Of a stretch of 32,824 nucleotides of DNA, positions 20,878-32,489 are shown one piece after another. Positions within the stretch are counted from its first letter, which is position 1; each line of letters starts with the position of its first letter. Below the pieces are notes generated by a model that made no database searches, was not told where the DNA came from, and saw only the letters and a list, made by a program, of their open reading frames with translations. The DNA comes from Phoronis australis. Taxonomy: Eukaryota > Animalia > Phoronida. The stretch spans positions 12,079 to 44,902 of the forward strand of contig NMRA01000635.1 in assembly GCA_002633005.1 (NCBI GenBank). Direction: 5' to 3'. The position numbers were made by a program, and so were the translations under genes.

Positions 20878-21092
20878 CCCGCACAGTTTAGTCTGAGTAA
20901 ACCCAGTCCATGTGTTGCCGCGTGGAGGCACTGCACGAGTCTTGTTGTGGGAGAAGCTATGTACTGACAGTCGGAACTGAACAGAGGCGGAAGCTGAAAG
21001 CAGAGCACTAAGCAGAGCTAGATACTACTACTAACTACACTACCACACTAGACGCTAAGCACCACAACCTGAGGTCGAAACCACCAACACAC
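20878..21092 (-). ncRNA. HDV-like self-cleaving ribozyme at the LINE 5' end
   Basis: P1 GUGUGUU(21092-21086)/AACACAU(20916-20910); P2 CUCGUGCAGU(20939-20930)/ACUGUGCGGG(20887-20878); P3 GCC/GGC with L3 UCCACGC; P1.1 CC/GG; P4 CUGGG-UUUA-CUCAG; J4/2 ACUAA with catalytic C at 20891. Confidence 0.88.
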
Positions 21093-21374
21093 ATTGATGG
21101 GTATAGTAATGATCTATGATTTCACAGTTTTGAAAGACTATTGACCCTACAAAACCATACTTTCATGTTCTTAAAACGCAAATAAGTTGTTTATGTACTG
21201 GTTTAGTTTAAGCGTCTTGAAGGAAAGAAGCTCCGAACAAAATATATAAGAAAGTAAGATAGTGATCATGAAGAATGCATTTAGAAAATGTGGCTGCTAA
21301 TAAATGGGGTTTTGGTTATGTTTCTCATTTAATAAGTTGCATTTTCAGATTTCCATACCACAAAAATGTGGCTG

Positions 21375-21630
21375 CAGCCATTAAAACTAACATTCTAAGT
21401 GACCCAGGACCAAAGATACTGAGGAAAAGGTATTTTACGGGCGCCATTTTTAAAAATCCAAGATGGTCGTTAAGATGGCAGCCAATGAAATTAAAATTTC
21501 CAGTTCCTTGTACTGAGAAATGCAGATGAAGCCATAAAAATCAACATTCTAAGTGACCCAAAAGCAGAGGTATTGGGCAAAATCCATATTACCAGCGCCA
21601 TTTTTGAAAATCTAAGATGGCCGCCAAAAT
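21375..21630. repeat. Two ~155-bp degenerate direct repeats with GCGCCATTTTT.AAAATC.AAGATGG motifs (probable DNA-transposon remnant)
   Basis: gccat.aaaa..aacattctaagtgaccca at ~21378 and ~21531; gcgccatttt...aagatgg at ~21441 and ~21595. Confidence 0.6.
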
Positions 21631-22806
21631 TGGAATAAATTATTTTCTGATTTGTCATTGCATGAGGTTTCCTAAAATGTTTACTTTCCACTTTCTCGAA
21701 AAAATTCCAACAAAATTACACAACAAAACTGTCTATAAGTTGACAACATACAATGCAAATAATGCTAAACACAACAATACCCTAGTTTATGCCGATTCTA
21801 GCTTCCTTAAAGTTCTCTCATAAGCAATGACACACATCGAATTTATGAAAAGAAGTTACAGAATCGGCAGAAGCCGATGTTTGTTCAACAGCACATGCCG
21901 AACGAGGCAAACAATTTAGAGTTATTTTTTCCTTTTACGTTTATCAATACATTAAATTTGCGAGACGCGAGATCAGCGTAAGCCACAAGAAAATGAAATG
22001 ATTTACTATTGGTGCACACACTCGCGTGAGTTTCAATTAAATCTGTTGAGATGCTTTCAACACTGTAAAAAGAAGACTTGGAAATGTTACTTCTGGCGTT
22101 AAATCAGCTTTCTGATAAATAGCGGGTCCCGTCATTCTTCTGGTCTCGTTAATCTCATCGTTGAGCCATATCTCGGTTACGACCAAACTCATTAATATTT
22201 AGGTCACGTGACCTGTGAAATCGCAGCAATAAGAACTATTTTAGATCGATTTGTAACGTTAAGTGGCCCCAATCAAAACTTGTAAGGTCGCGATGCTCTC
22301 GATTAATATCACATACTTTTCAGTGTTGCCAGCAATTTTACAGCGTGTTTAATGTTAATTAGTCTTAGCTACACAGAAGAAGAAAATCATTAAATTTTCC
22401 CATCAAACCTTTAAAGCCTAACTTCAACGGAATTTTGTCATTTTATATGTATTGGGCTAACCAGATAATCCTAGCAAAGCCTTAGCAAAAAGATAATCAC
22501 GCAAATGTAGTCCCGTCATATGATAGGTGGAGTTGCCTTTTCGTGCCATATTGCGTCACCACGAGATTCCAGCACAAGAAAACTAAAGGTTATTAATAGT
22601 GCCTGTACGGAAGAATGGGGCAAAATGCAGTAATCTGGGAACATGACTTGTCACGAATTTTGAAATTGGTGTCGTATTATTATCTTCTGAGTTGACATAA
22701 TTCCAAAAAAATGTTGCGTCAAGACTCTCTCTTTTAAAAAACCAAAACAAGCAAATTGTCTCAACTTTTTCGCCTTTCTTTATTCAGAAAATTAGCCAGG
22801 TTCCAG

Positions 22807-23196
22807 GGCCAGGTCTCCAATCTTTTTACTCGAAATTAGGTTTGACATTTTTTACTCTACTTTTGGGCGAACTCAAGATAAGTGTCTATTATTCTGTGCT
22901 CGAGTACACAATAACTTACGTAGATAATTTATTGCCCTTAGTTCACAGTTTGTAAACCCAATATTAAAGCAATAAGTTTGAGTTTGAACTCGAAATTTCG
23001 AGTTTTTACTCGAGTTTGTAGCACGAATATAAGAGTCTTCAAGGGCAAACTTGAACTAGAAACTCCTATGCATAAACTATAATGTATTCGAGCACAGTCT
23101 GATATTCCAATTATCTTAAGTTCGCACACAAGGAGCAGAGAAATTGCCAAAAATAGTTTCGAGTTCATTTCGAGTACAAAGATTAGAGACCGGGCC
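22807..23196. mobile_element. 390-bp largely palindromic MITE, PIF/Harbinger-like
   Basis: TIR GGCCAGGTCTCCAATCTTTTTACTCGAAAT versus reverse-complemented right end GGCCCGGTCTCTAATCTTTGTACTCGAAAT; CAG direct repeats at 22804-22806 and 23197-23199; further internal inverted symmetry. Confidence 0.8.
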
Positions 23197-24175
23197 CAGG
23201 TTTAATAAAAGTCTTTAAAAAATATCTGAACAAAAACAAATGCTCTTACTGTTTACATTCGTGCATTTCAATTCACCGCAGAACAAACTTAACGTAAGTA
23301 ACTAAGTTTTAGTATTATTTATAATTTGCTTTCGTTTACTACTTCCACTGGTCACAAGGTCATGTAGCGCAATTCATAGGTCATGCAGCGTCATTCAGAG
23401 GTCAAAATGCTACGCAACACTGAATACAACAAAATATGACAAGTATAGATACTCAAAGTTTTTAAGAGCATGTTTGCGAATGTACTAGACTGAGGGTGAT
23501 AAACGCTATGTCACAGATTCTCTTTATATTTTCTGAGTGATGACACCGGCCCCACTGACTCCAGACCACCTTTATTTTTTTCAAAACGCCTCATTTTGGT
23601 TTCCATGGATATTATTTGTTTCCGGCAAGTTTTGAGTCTGGAGGCAGTTGAGTTTTAGTAAAATTTCGACAGTTACGTTACGCAGTGGAAGTAACGTTGA
23701 AACATTTAACTTGTGTCACTGATCAGGTGTTACCTTCAACTACTTTATTCATGCAAAGATTTCGATAATTTTTGTCTGTTTTAGAGCCGCATAAGGTGAG
23801 TACTTTTAGTGATTTTTGAAACTGTCAAAATAGGCTAAATTCGTATACCGATATCTCAGCTGGCACAGGTTTCAGAACATTTTAGTATAAACCAATGTGT
23901 GGACCTATCTTAGACATACAAAATAAGACAAAAAAATCTTCTGGCCCTAACGGATTTCACGTCATTTGAAGTCGAAAGTAACTGGTGATTACGCCATTTC
24001 ACCACAACGAGTAATGCCGACAAACTTCAAAAAAGTGAATATTTGCTACTAGTTGGCCCGCAAACTGCGAATCAATTGAACATTTATCAAATTTTGTATT
24101 TTCTAGGCAACGAGGATTCTCTACTTTATTTCTGAAAAGTGCTCGCAGTCATGGAATTAGGATACTTACTAGACA

Positions 24176-24331
24176 CAGGGGTGGATCCAGGATTTTGAGT
24201 TAGGGGGCCAGGGCAGAGTATTAGCCAGGATTTTGCCAGTCAGACATTCGCACTCCCCTTCTGCCAAATGGAATCTGGTACAATTTTAGGGGGTCCATGG
24301 CCTCCTTGGCCCCCCTCTAAATCCGCCACTG
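24176..24331. mobile_element. 156-bp MITE with CAG...CTG termini (CAGGGGTGGAT...ATCCGCCACTG)
   Basis: Imperfect TIRs; AGACA directly repeated at 24171-24175 and 24332-24336; a similar right end appears at 25991-26011 after an N. Confidence 0.7.
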
Positions 24332-25666
24332 AGACAAACTGCAGTAGTTTTGACAGGACACCTTTTGCGAGAGTCAAATCTCACAGGTTTTACTAAGCTC
24401 AGTATTTTATTTGCACGGCTAAAAAAACAAAACACCGCCGATAAACCATTTTAATAACATTTTCCCTTCAAAAATCGTGGTTGCTCCCTCCCTTCTTGCG
24501 ACTTTACAAATCTTACAGTGTTGTATGAACAATATCATTTATTTTTGGTTTTATCTGTGATTGTCCAAAGAAGATGCTTACTGTGAGTTAGCTCTGGAGT
24601 GTGTCTGAACAAACGTTCTTTTTAAGGAATCTTCAAGTGGTTTTGATGCAGGGAGTTGAATATGGGGGACAGTGTCAGGATGAAAGATTCAATGGCAATT
24701 ACGGGCAAAGGCAAAACCACTGGTGACCAGATTTCCGTGGACGTTATGTAGCCGCCAGTGCCCCAATAACTTTTCTTTTTAGAGTGGTATGGCTGGCTAG
24801 TGTTATCATTTTCCTATCTCTATGCAGTTTGTTGCGTCTGATACAGGTGAAAAATGGGAGACTGTCAAGTAGCAATGGGGGCTGACTACATGGAACCAGC
24901 TACCAGTGCGAAGATTTTTCATCAGCGCAGTGGGAGGCACAAAAGAACATAGTTGAATGAGTGTGTGTGACTAGCGAGAAGTTTAAAGAAGTGAATTCAA
25001 ATTACTTCCTAGTCCTCCAGAGGGGAAAGGTATCCTGTTTCAGTGATGCATGTGAATGTTTAAGAACCGATTGAATCACAATTTATTGGACAAACTTCAT
25101 CACCTCATCTAGTTGAACAAGTTTTGTGGTAGACGAAATAACCGAATTCTGGAATTATGTAATATAGCCGTTAAACGCAAACAGCATCACGCTAAACTTT
25201 GATCCATTGAAAATGTCTCCAAGGGCTACTTTGCCGGGGTCGTTTATAATTTTTAACGTTATGTAAAATGAACAAAGTTCGTGGTGAAAAGTGCCACCAC
25301 CATAATGGAGCGTTTGTCCAAGGGGGTCGGGGGTTACGTACGACCTTATAATCTAAATTGGTTAACTTCAAAACGTCAAATATCAGAAAGGATTGATCAA
25401 ACTTATATGAAACTTTTATAAACTATGCTGACAAAACTCATTTTACGTTCTAAAGTGTAAATGTTAAGGGGAAAGGTGTCGTTAAAAATACCAGTGAGTC
25501 ATTTTAGTCCGCCCATTCTGTTCCGAATCGACCACTTTTTGGTAAAATGCGAATGGGACACGTGTTGAATAGGAAAAGTCGTAAATTCAGCTTACTGAGT
25601 ATATTAGCCTCCTTACTTGAGTTTCTGAGTGATTAACTAAGGCTTCGATTTAAATTCACATCTTAC

Positions 25667-25860
25667 CAGCAGATTCTGTTTTCATCGTCACTCAGGTTCC
25701 ATTTTCTTTAAAAAATTAAGTAAATTTTCTTCGTTGCACAGTGAAGCAGACGACGGAAACGGAGTCGTAGTGCGCAGCGCCACTGCCGGTCGCCTGGGAT
25801 ATCGCGGGAGAGCCTATACTTAGCTATACTTCCGTTACGAATAAGCCGCGTTCCGAATTT
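25667..25860 (-). promoter_or_regulatory. CpG-rich promoter-like patch and candidate first exon of a - strand transcript
   Basis: Local CpG enrichment at 25730-25860, ETS core CGGAAGT (25834-25828), strong donor CTG|GTAAGA at 25667/25666. Confidence 0.35.
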
Positions 25861-27579
25861 GACACTTGAAATTGGATCTGAGCCCCCCACCCCAACCCTA
25901 AAACTGCACACATTTCAATCTTGTTTCATCCGTATAATTTTAATTATCGGGGTTAATTAATAAACTCAACATTTCCCTACGCTCTTGCTNCCCCCCCCAA
26001 ATCCGCCTATGACACGACAACGGACTGTTTGCAGAAGCCGAGAAAAAGCCGATTAAACTGGGACGAGTGGTAGTCTCAGTCGGTTCATTATTCGATGAAA
26101 TCTTGTTTTCGGTGCACATAACTTATACAAGCCTTAACTATGTTAGCTATTTTAACATTCATTCGCAATGTCAACTGATTTTGCTGTGTTTAATTAACTT
26201 AATTATCATTGAAACGTCCCTTTACAACCCAACTGTTACTATTGTTTACGACCACCTGTAGCCTGCACACGTCACGTGCTGGGAGACTGATACGAAATCG
26301 AGTAAGAAATTGATGACAAAAATCGAATCGGTGGTTAAAGCCTGTCTAAAAATTTTGAACCTAAATCACACTGGGAGGCACTCAACACAACAAATGCACA
26401 GATGAGTGACAACTCCAGAGAATACCAACTAACACCATTTAACCATAAGAGTAATGAAATTCAGTCTGGTATTGAAACTACTGTTTGGTTTTGAGTATTC
26501 AAATTGTTTTATTAAACCATATAAAAATAATAAATGTAGTACAATACTATGGGTTTGATTAAAAAATTAAGTTTACTCTTGTGATGTTTAGTGAAAAAGC
26601 AAAATATAAAATATGAATTGCACACACATAACTGGTGAATAGAAAATTTCACCAAAAACCTCAATTTATGTTAAGTGACCGACTTTATGGACAAAACAGG
26701 CAGATGAACATGACTAGCTATCAAACAACTTCAGTCTTTTACAATATCAACACAGATACCTTTTTGCAATCTTCAGCGAATGATTTTGTACAATTTAGTG
26801 AATAGCCAGAAACACCTGACAAAGTACAAAACACCAGCAGCATTATATTTTCCATAACCTGCTGTGTTGGTTTCCACATCCCTGTAACTAAGCCGACAGC
26901 CACTAGGCACAGTCTGTCTTTACCTCTTATGTAAGTCATTTCGAGCCACTCAGTGTTCAAATGCCATTAGATTCGATGCGATAAATTTATTAGACATATA
27001 TAGTCCATAAAGAAATATATACCTGTGTATAATATATACTAATACAAAACTTAAGAAGGATATAATCAGGATCAGAATACAAACAAATCAACCAAAACCA
27101 ATGCATTTGAGAACAATGGTGTATCAACTCTACATACGAAAGGATATCTAGGCTAACAGAAACAGCCCTGACAGCACTGGAAGTCATAGGTGGCACAAAG
27201 TAGGCCTGTACTTGTAAATTTAGAGAATCACAAAACTCTTATGAATGCATTGTGACACACATGGAATACAAAATTTATTAAATGTAAGGGATTGATACCT
27301 CCACCATAAAAGGTGTACACAATAAGGTAAACAGCTTTTACAGGAGAGCCAATTAAGAAACTTAGAAGTGAAACATGAACAATGGGTCACCATATGACTC
27401 CATGTGAACACTATGTAAGATGAGTTGAGCACTCGTGCATGTGAAAACATGTAAAGCACGTAAAATTATATAAAAAGCATTCCAGTAGCAAAATACTAAT
27501 GCTGCCATTGTACACTACAAAAATATTCATCTGAATATGACTAATACGTAGAGACTGCATAAGTCGACTGTACTTCCTG

Positions 27580-27672
27580 TACATTTCAAATCACAAAGTC
27601 TGATCAGCCATGAATATCCCATACATTTCAAATCACAAAGTCTGACCAGCCATCAATATCCAATACATTTCA
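27580..27672. repeat. ~42-bp tandem duplication in the presumed PTP 3' UTR
   Basis: acatttcaaatcacaaagtctga.cagccat.aatatcc twice. Confidence 0.8.
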
Positions 27673-29201
27673 ATGTTAGCTCAATGTCTTAAATAATCTG
27701 AATACTTAGGTACAAATCAATCATTACATCCCAGCTGATAAATGTCAGTCACATGGTCACAGTTAAAATCTCACAAATTTGAACAAAAACAATTACCAGA
27801 ATTGCGGGCTTTCTACACATTTCTGAATACTCACAATGTTCAAAATTTTGTTTCCCAATAATTAAGGTAACACAAGAAAATATGCACACAGAGATGCAGA
27901 TGCACATGCAAGCACAGAAAGACGCAAATGCAAATGCTCATAAACGTTTCTAAGAATACAGGATTAAAAAATATTCCCACTACATCACAACCACAAAGAA
28001 AATATTTCAAAATAACTTTGTCTTTTCTTTTGATTCATAGCTGAATTTTCCAACAACACAAAACAGACAAGGGTGCCTGCACACACAGAAGACAGGCTGG
28101 TGGTGGCTGAAAATATCAACCTTGGAGTAAGTTTGTGGACAGTCAAGAATCCTTAAGAACATTTGATCCTGAGGTAGAAGGCAAATCAAAGTAGCTCATG
28201 AAGTCACGTAACACTGAATGAAACAGTAAATATGTCCATAGGTGTGCGACGTTGCCATCTATTGGCAATATGAAGAATAGCAAAGTGGGATAGCAATTCC
28301 ATACCATCCTTAAATTTGCTGGGATTTCTAAACTTATCTTAGGACTGTGCAGCCCCCTCCAGTCTTGCGTTTTTAGCAAATGCCCCTAATGACCCTTCTC
28401 AAATCTCCAGCTCAGCTAATGTACTCTGCAGCCACAAGTTATGAGTGAACTTTCACATGTGTCAAGCTGCAACATAAGAAGCAACTGGCAATATAGTAAG
28501 TAATTCTTGGGCCATTTGAAAACACCTAGACATATGTTTGTGAACCACTTATCTCATTAATCCTGAATAATCCTTACAGGTAAGGCACTAAGGTTAATCA
28601 AGCTCAGCATGCAGTTTTATTCAAACAAGGTCAATATTATTTAAGCTTTTTGGGCTTGTTGGAAGTTCCACACTAAGCTTACATAAACTTATTAACAGTG
28701 TGGCAGACTTTTCTATTTTCATCCACTTTAGATTACCACATGAGCTATGTTGTGACTGGTGGGATGTGTTTATTTTTCATCACCAGTTAGAAAACAAGTT
28801 TTGCTTGTTGGTGGAATTTACTAAAGATGATCAGCTTAAATTTTGTAAGAGATCAGTAGTCTTCAAGCTTATCCAACTATAATTATTAAGCAAGCACAGA
28901 ATTTCAAGCTTGGAAAAGAATTCTAAATAAGTAGACATGCTAATAAGCTTAACCAACCTTGGTCAAATTTAGCTATTGAGTACTTTTACAAGATTTCCAA
29001 TTTTAGTTACGATAATATTATTAAGATGCAACGTTTCAATTTGAGTAGTTGATACAATTACAGCTGGTTATGCAATTTCTGAAACAGATTGTGATAATAT
29101 AACACTAAAATGGAGATGCTATTTGAAATGCTGGTGTTGGAGAAAGTGGGCTGACTGTCTTGAGGAAAGTCACTAGATTGGGTGCAATGCTTCTCTCATC
29201 A

Positions 29202-29276
29202 TCACTTGAAGTTGGAGTAAGTTTGATAACTCTCAATAAAATTCAAGACTGCATCATAAATCATCTTGTACTGGAT
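29202..29276 (-). CDS. Receptor-type protein tyrosine phosphatase, last coding exon
   Basis: ttccag| acceptor; IQYKMIYDAVLNFIESYQTYSNFK* (QY..Y helix and the Y.NF tail of PTPRA/E-type receptors); stop followed by two more TGA. Confidence 0.88.
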   Translation of the reverse strand: MQYKMIYDAVLNFIESYQTYSNFK

Positions 29277-30414
29277 CTGGAATAAAGACAGATACAACAT
29301 GAATTGATATAAATTCTTTGCAGAGGAAAAATAACAACAAGACACTAATTTGTGCTTTTTAAACCTCTGCTTGTTTTCTCCTGTAACATCATGGCATTCA
29401 GAGCATGACAGTGTTTTCTCATTCACTGACTTTATCAGACGTAAAGGGTTGTGAGCCTGTGATAACATCTAGCTTCTTTGTTAACTGCCAAGCACAGTCT
29501 TTTGTCTGGTATGACAGCAGGCAGGGAAATTATCTACCTTATGGCTTAGTACAAACCACATGTGAATACAGTCAAACCTAGAACGAATTGGTACTTTCAG
29601 AAAGAATAGATTGTCGTAACTTCGGTCGCAGTTGGGCAATTTTGGCGATTCAAAAAATAAACATGATCACCATTTGACGAGGATTTCAAAAATGCTATTG
29701 GTTTATGCTCAAATATGTTATAACTTAACTTTTATATCTAACAGCACAGCCTAGTCAGGCTAGGTACTATCTGATTGGAGATTAGAGCAATTATTGAACA
29801 AAAGAGAACTGGCCCTCCAAACATAAATGCCAGAATGGAGTTAATCAGTCGTGTACGATATTGACTACAGGGGTCAACTTCCCAACTTATTGTTGGGCTA
29901 TAGAATCGATCAAGTTGGGAGCAATGGGAAAACGCCGTCTTTTGGGGGCTTACCTATCAGCTGAAAATGTAGACTTTGAGAATAATCAACTGACATTGAT
30001 AAACAATCCAGCTCATTGCAAATGCACAATATTTCACTGTTGCAGTAATTCTGTACAGATGTAACACATGAGGTTGAGTTCACTATTGCAATATACACTC
30101 TCTCAATTTGGCAGGAACCATTCTAGTGACGTCCTACACCTTTGTGGCAAATTTCATTAAAATCCAGCATATCAAGCAGACAACAGAACGCCAAGCAAAG
30201 TGACAAAAATAAGTGACCACGTGTGTGTTTGTATGTGCGTGAGCGTGTATATGTTTATGAGCACTTAAAAATGTTGTAACCCTAATTCACGGTTTTTAGT
30301 CGCTAGTGATGAGTCCATAATGGACCTGCCATCAATTTCAATTTTGTGTTGGCCAGAAATACAAAAAACTTTAACATTTGATTGAAACACACACATCAAC
30401 TTGATGCCACTTAC

Positions 30415-30550
30415 AACTGAGCTGATGCATTGTGGTCGAAACTGTCGGATGTGTTTCACAGCTTGGAACACATCAACTTCCTGTTCCAGTTGAATTTTTT
30501 CACACGCTGTGACTAAAGCCAGATACAAACCACTTCTTTCCGCACCATTT
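30415..30550 (-). CDS. Receptor-type PTP, penultimate exon (distal D2-like domain)
   Basis: 136-bp exon, tttcag| and |gtaagt; NGAERSGLYLALVTACEKIQLEQEVDVFQAVKHIRQFRPQCISSV; phase 0 join to the last exon. Confidence 0.92.
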
Positions 30551-30600
30551 CTGAAACAATTATTACTTACTAATGTACTTCTGCTAGTCTAGTACCAATG

Positions 30601-30750
30601 ACAAACTACAGCACACAAACTACAGCACACAAACTACAGCACACAAACGGATTGTTCTGAAACCCCCTCGATCCCTACATCCCTCAACCTACGACCCCCT
30701 CGACCCAAGACCCCCTCGAACCACAACTCCCTCGACCCATGACCCCCTTG
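30601..30750. repeat. 14-bp repeat (ACAAACTACAGCAC) x3 followed by C-rich CCCCTCGA repeats
   Basis: Directly visible. Confidence 0.85.
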
Positions 30751-30974
30751 TGGCAATAGAGGTATTTCAGCACTTTTTACATATTTCATTATCTTATTAC
30801 ATCGCTGAGTGATTTTTCCATAAGACATATAGACCGGCAGCCCAGAGAGCACTTAGCATAGATGAACAAGGTACCAACATCTGGCCTCGGGAGCATTTAG
30901 AGTCCACCTCAGTATGTACAGAAATGGACGTCTGCCATTGTCTGCAATCTGGGTGTGACCCCTGGGGGCCTTAC

Positions 30975-31570
30975 AAAGGGCCCAAAAATGAGCTAGACTA
31001 GACATTTGAGGTATCGACCAAAACTGAATTAAAACAAACAATAGTACTACACTGAATACCAAATGACTCATGACAGACAAATTGCACTCTGGAATGAGTC
31101 TGGCAGAAACCAAAAAGGAACCCCCAAAAATGAGCTAGCACATACATCGAGGTACCACACAAAACCAGTTCCATGAGATTCAATACATGTCACAGGTCAT
31201 TAAATGCCCTATGACAGACTAAATACACTCTGGATTGTGCCTGGCAGAAACACTCAAAAATCTCAACCATAGTATGCTATCAAAACTTTGAGGTTCATTA
31301 GATACCCCAGGTACTGGCTAAAACTGACTTAAAACAAATAATCGTGCCACACCAGATGACCCACGACAGACAACAAATTGTGCTTTGGACAGCGTTTGCC
31401 AGAAACTCAATTACACCTTAAAAGGAGCTAGGTCATCATTCTGGGTACCACGATCAACAATTCCATGTGATTTAAATAGACGTTACTGGTTACCAAATAC
31501 CCTAAATAACAGTTAAAACCCACTGTGAGCTCACTCAGTGCTCGCCAGCCCCAGAAATCTCAACTAAGTA
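30975..31570. repeat. Degenerate ~150-bp tandem units in PTP intron
   Basis: Recurring gagctag, aggtac, atgacagac, ctctgga..tg..tggcagaaac blocks. Confidence 0.6.
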
Positions 31571-32489
31571 ATTTTGAAAATATATGGCATATTACATGAG
31601 TTTATACTTTTGCATCTACTGAGCTCTCTCATTGGTTGTCAAATGGATGATGGCGGAGAGTAAGCATTTTGGAAAGTACCTGATAACAGTAAAACTTTGG
31701 GATACCAGGAACTGTCTAAAACCAACCCACTTAGTGAAGTTTAAGAACACAGATAGTGTAAAATATAAAAAGGTGAATGTATATGTAATTTCATATTTTT
31801 ACTATTTGCTTTATGATGTATACTCGTTTACTCCATAAAACGTTGAAATACATTTCAGTTAACAGTTTGAAATCAAAGTATAATTCACTGTGTCCCTATG
31901 TGGTTCAGTTAGCCACACAATTCGTTAAAAGCCTCAAAACTTGTCCACCACTATTGTGAGATTTTTGTCATTTTTGTTTGGTCATTTCTTTTTAGTATTA
32001 GTTTATCTACTTTTACTTATTTGCTTATTTTTCTATTTATTTGCTGCTTATTATTTGTTGTTGTTGAAATGAGCATTTGCTTATTAATGCGGTCTTTACC
32101 ATATACAAATATTCAATTGAACTGAAACAAGAGCAACGCAGAGCGTTGAAATGCGCCCACAATTGCACCGTATACGGTATCCTTCTAGGGTTGTTTATTG
32201 GTACCATAAAGTGGCCAGTAGAGGGCATATACGTAGTATGTTGTATGGAAAGGCATGGTCATTGTCTCCTCAATAGACTAGGGGCAAAATGTGAGTGATC
32301 TTCATAATACAAGCACATCCTACACATCAGTTGCTTAAGCACCACAGAAACATAGAATTAAAAACAAATTTACCAACATACGAGATTAGCACAGCATTAG
32401 AATGCCAGAAACAAATTTCTACTTGGAACTTTTCCTTCATAGTCACGAAGTAACACAAATTATACACCTGAAGACCTATGAAAATACAG

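Larger units (their letters stand above)
14865..21092 (-). mobile_element. Full-length, decayed non-LTR retrotransposon with RNase H (Loa/R1-group-like)
   Basis: ORF1 plus ORF2 with APE, RT, RNase H and C-terminal CCHC; 5' end set by the ribozyme cleavage site; short structured 3' UTR and T-rich tail. The clade call is from domain order and motif style, not phylogeny. Confidence 0.9.

Noticed and set aside
20274-21008. ORFs in the LINE 5' UTR (145, 78 and 77 aa)
   Set aside because: No recognisable motifs; better explained by GC-rich structured UTR.
23770-24610. Candidate micro-exons (ttttag|AGCCGCATAAG|gtgagt on +; a 23-nt exon near 24582-24604 on -)
   Set aside because: Splice-like by consensus only; no coherent reading frame with neighbouring exons.
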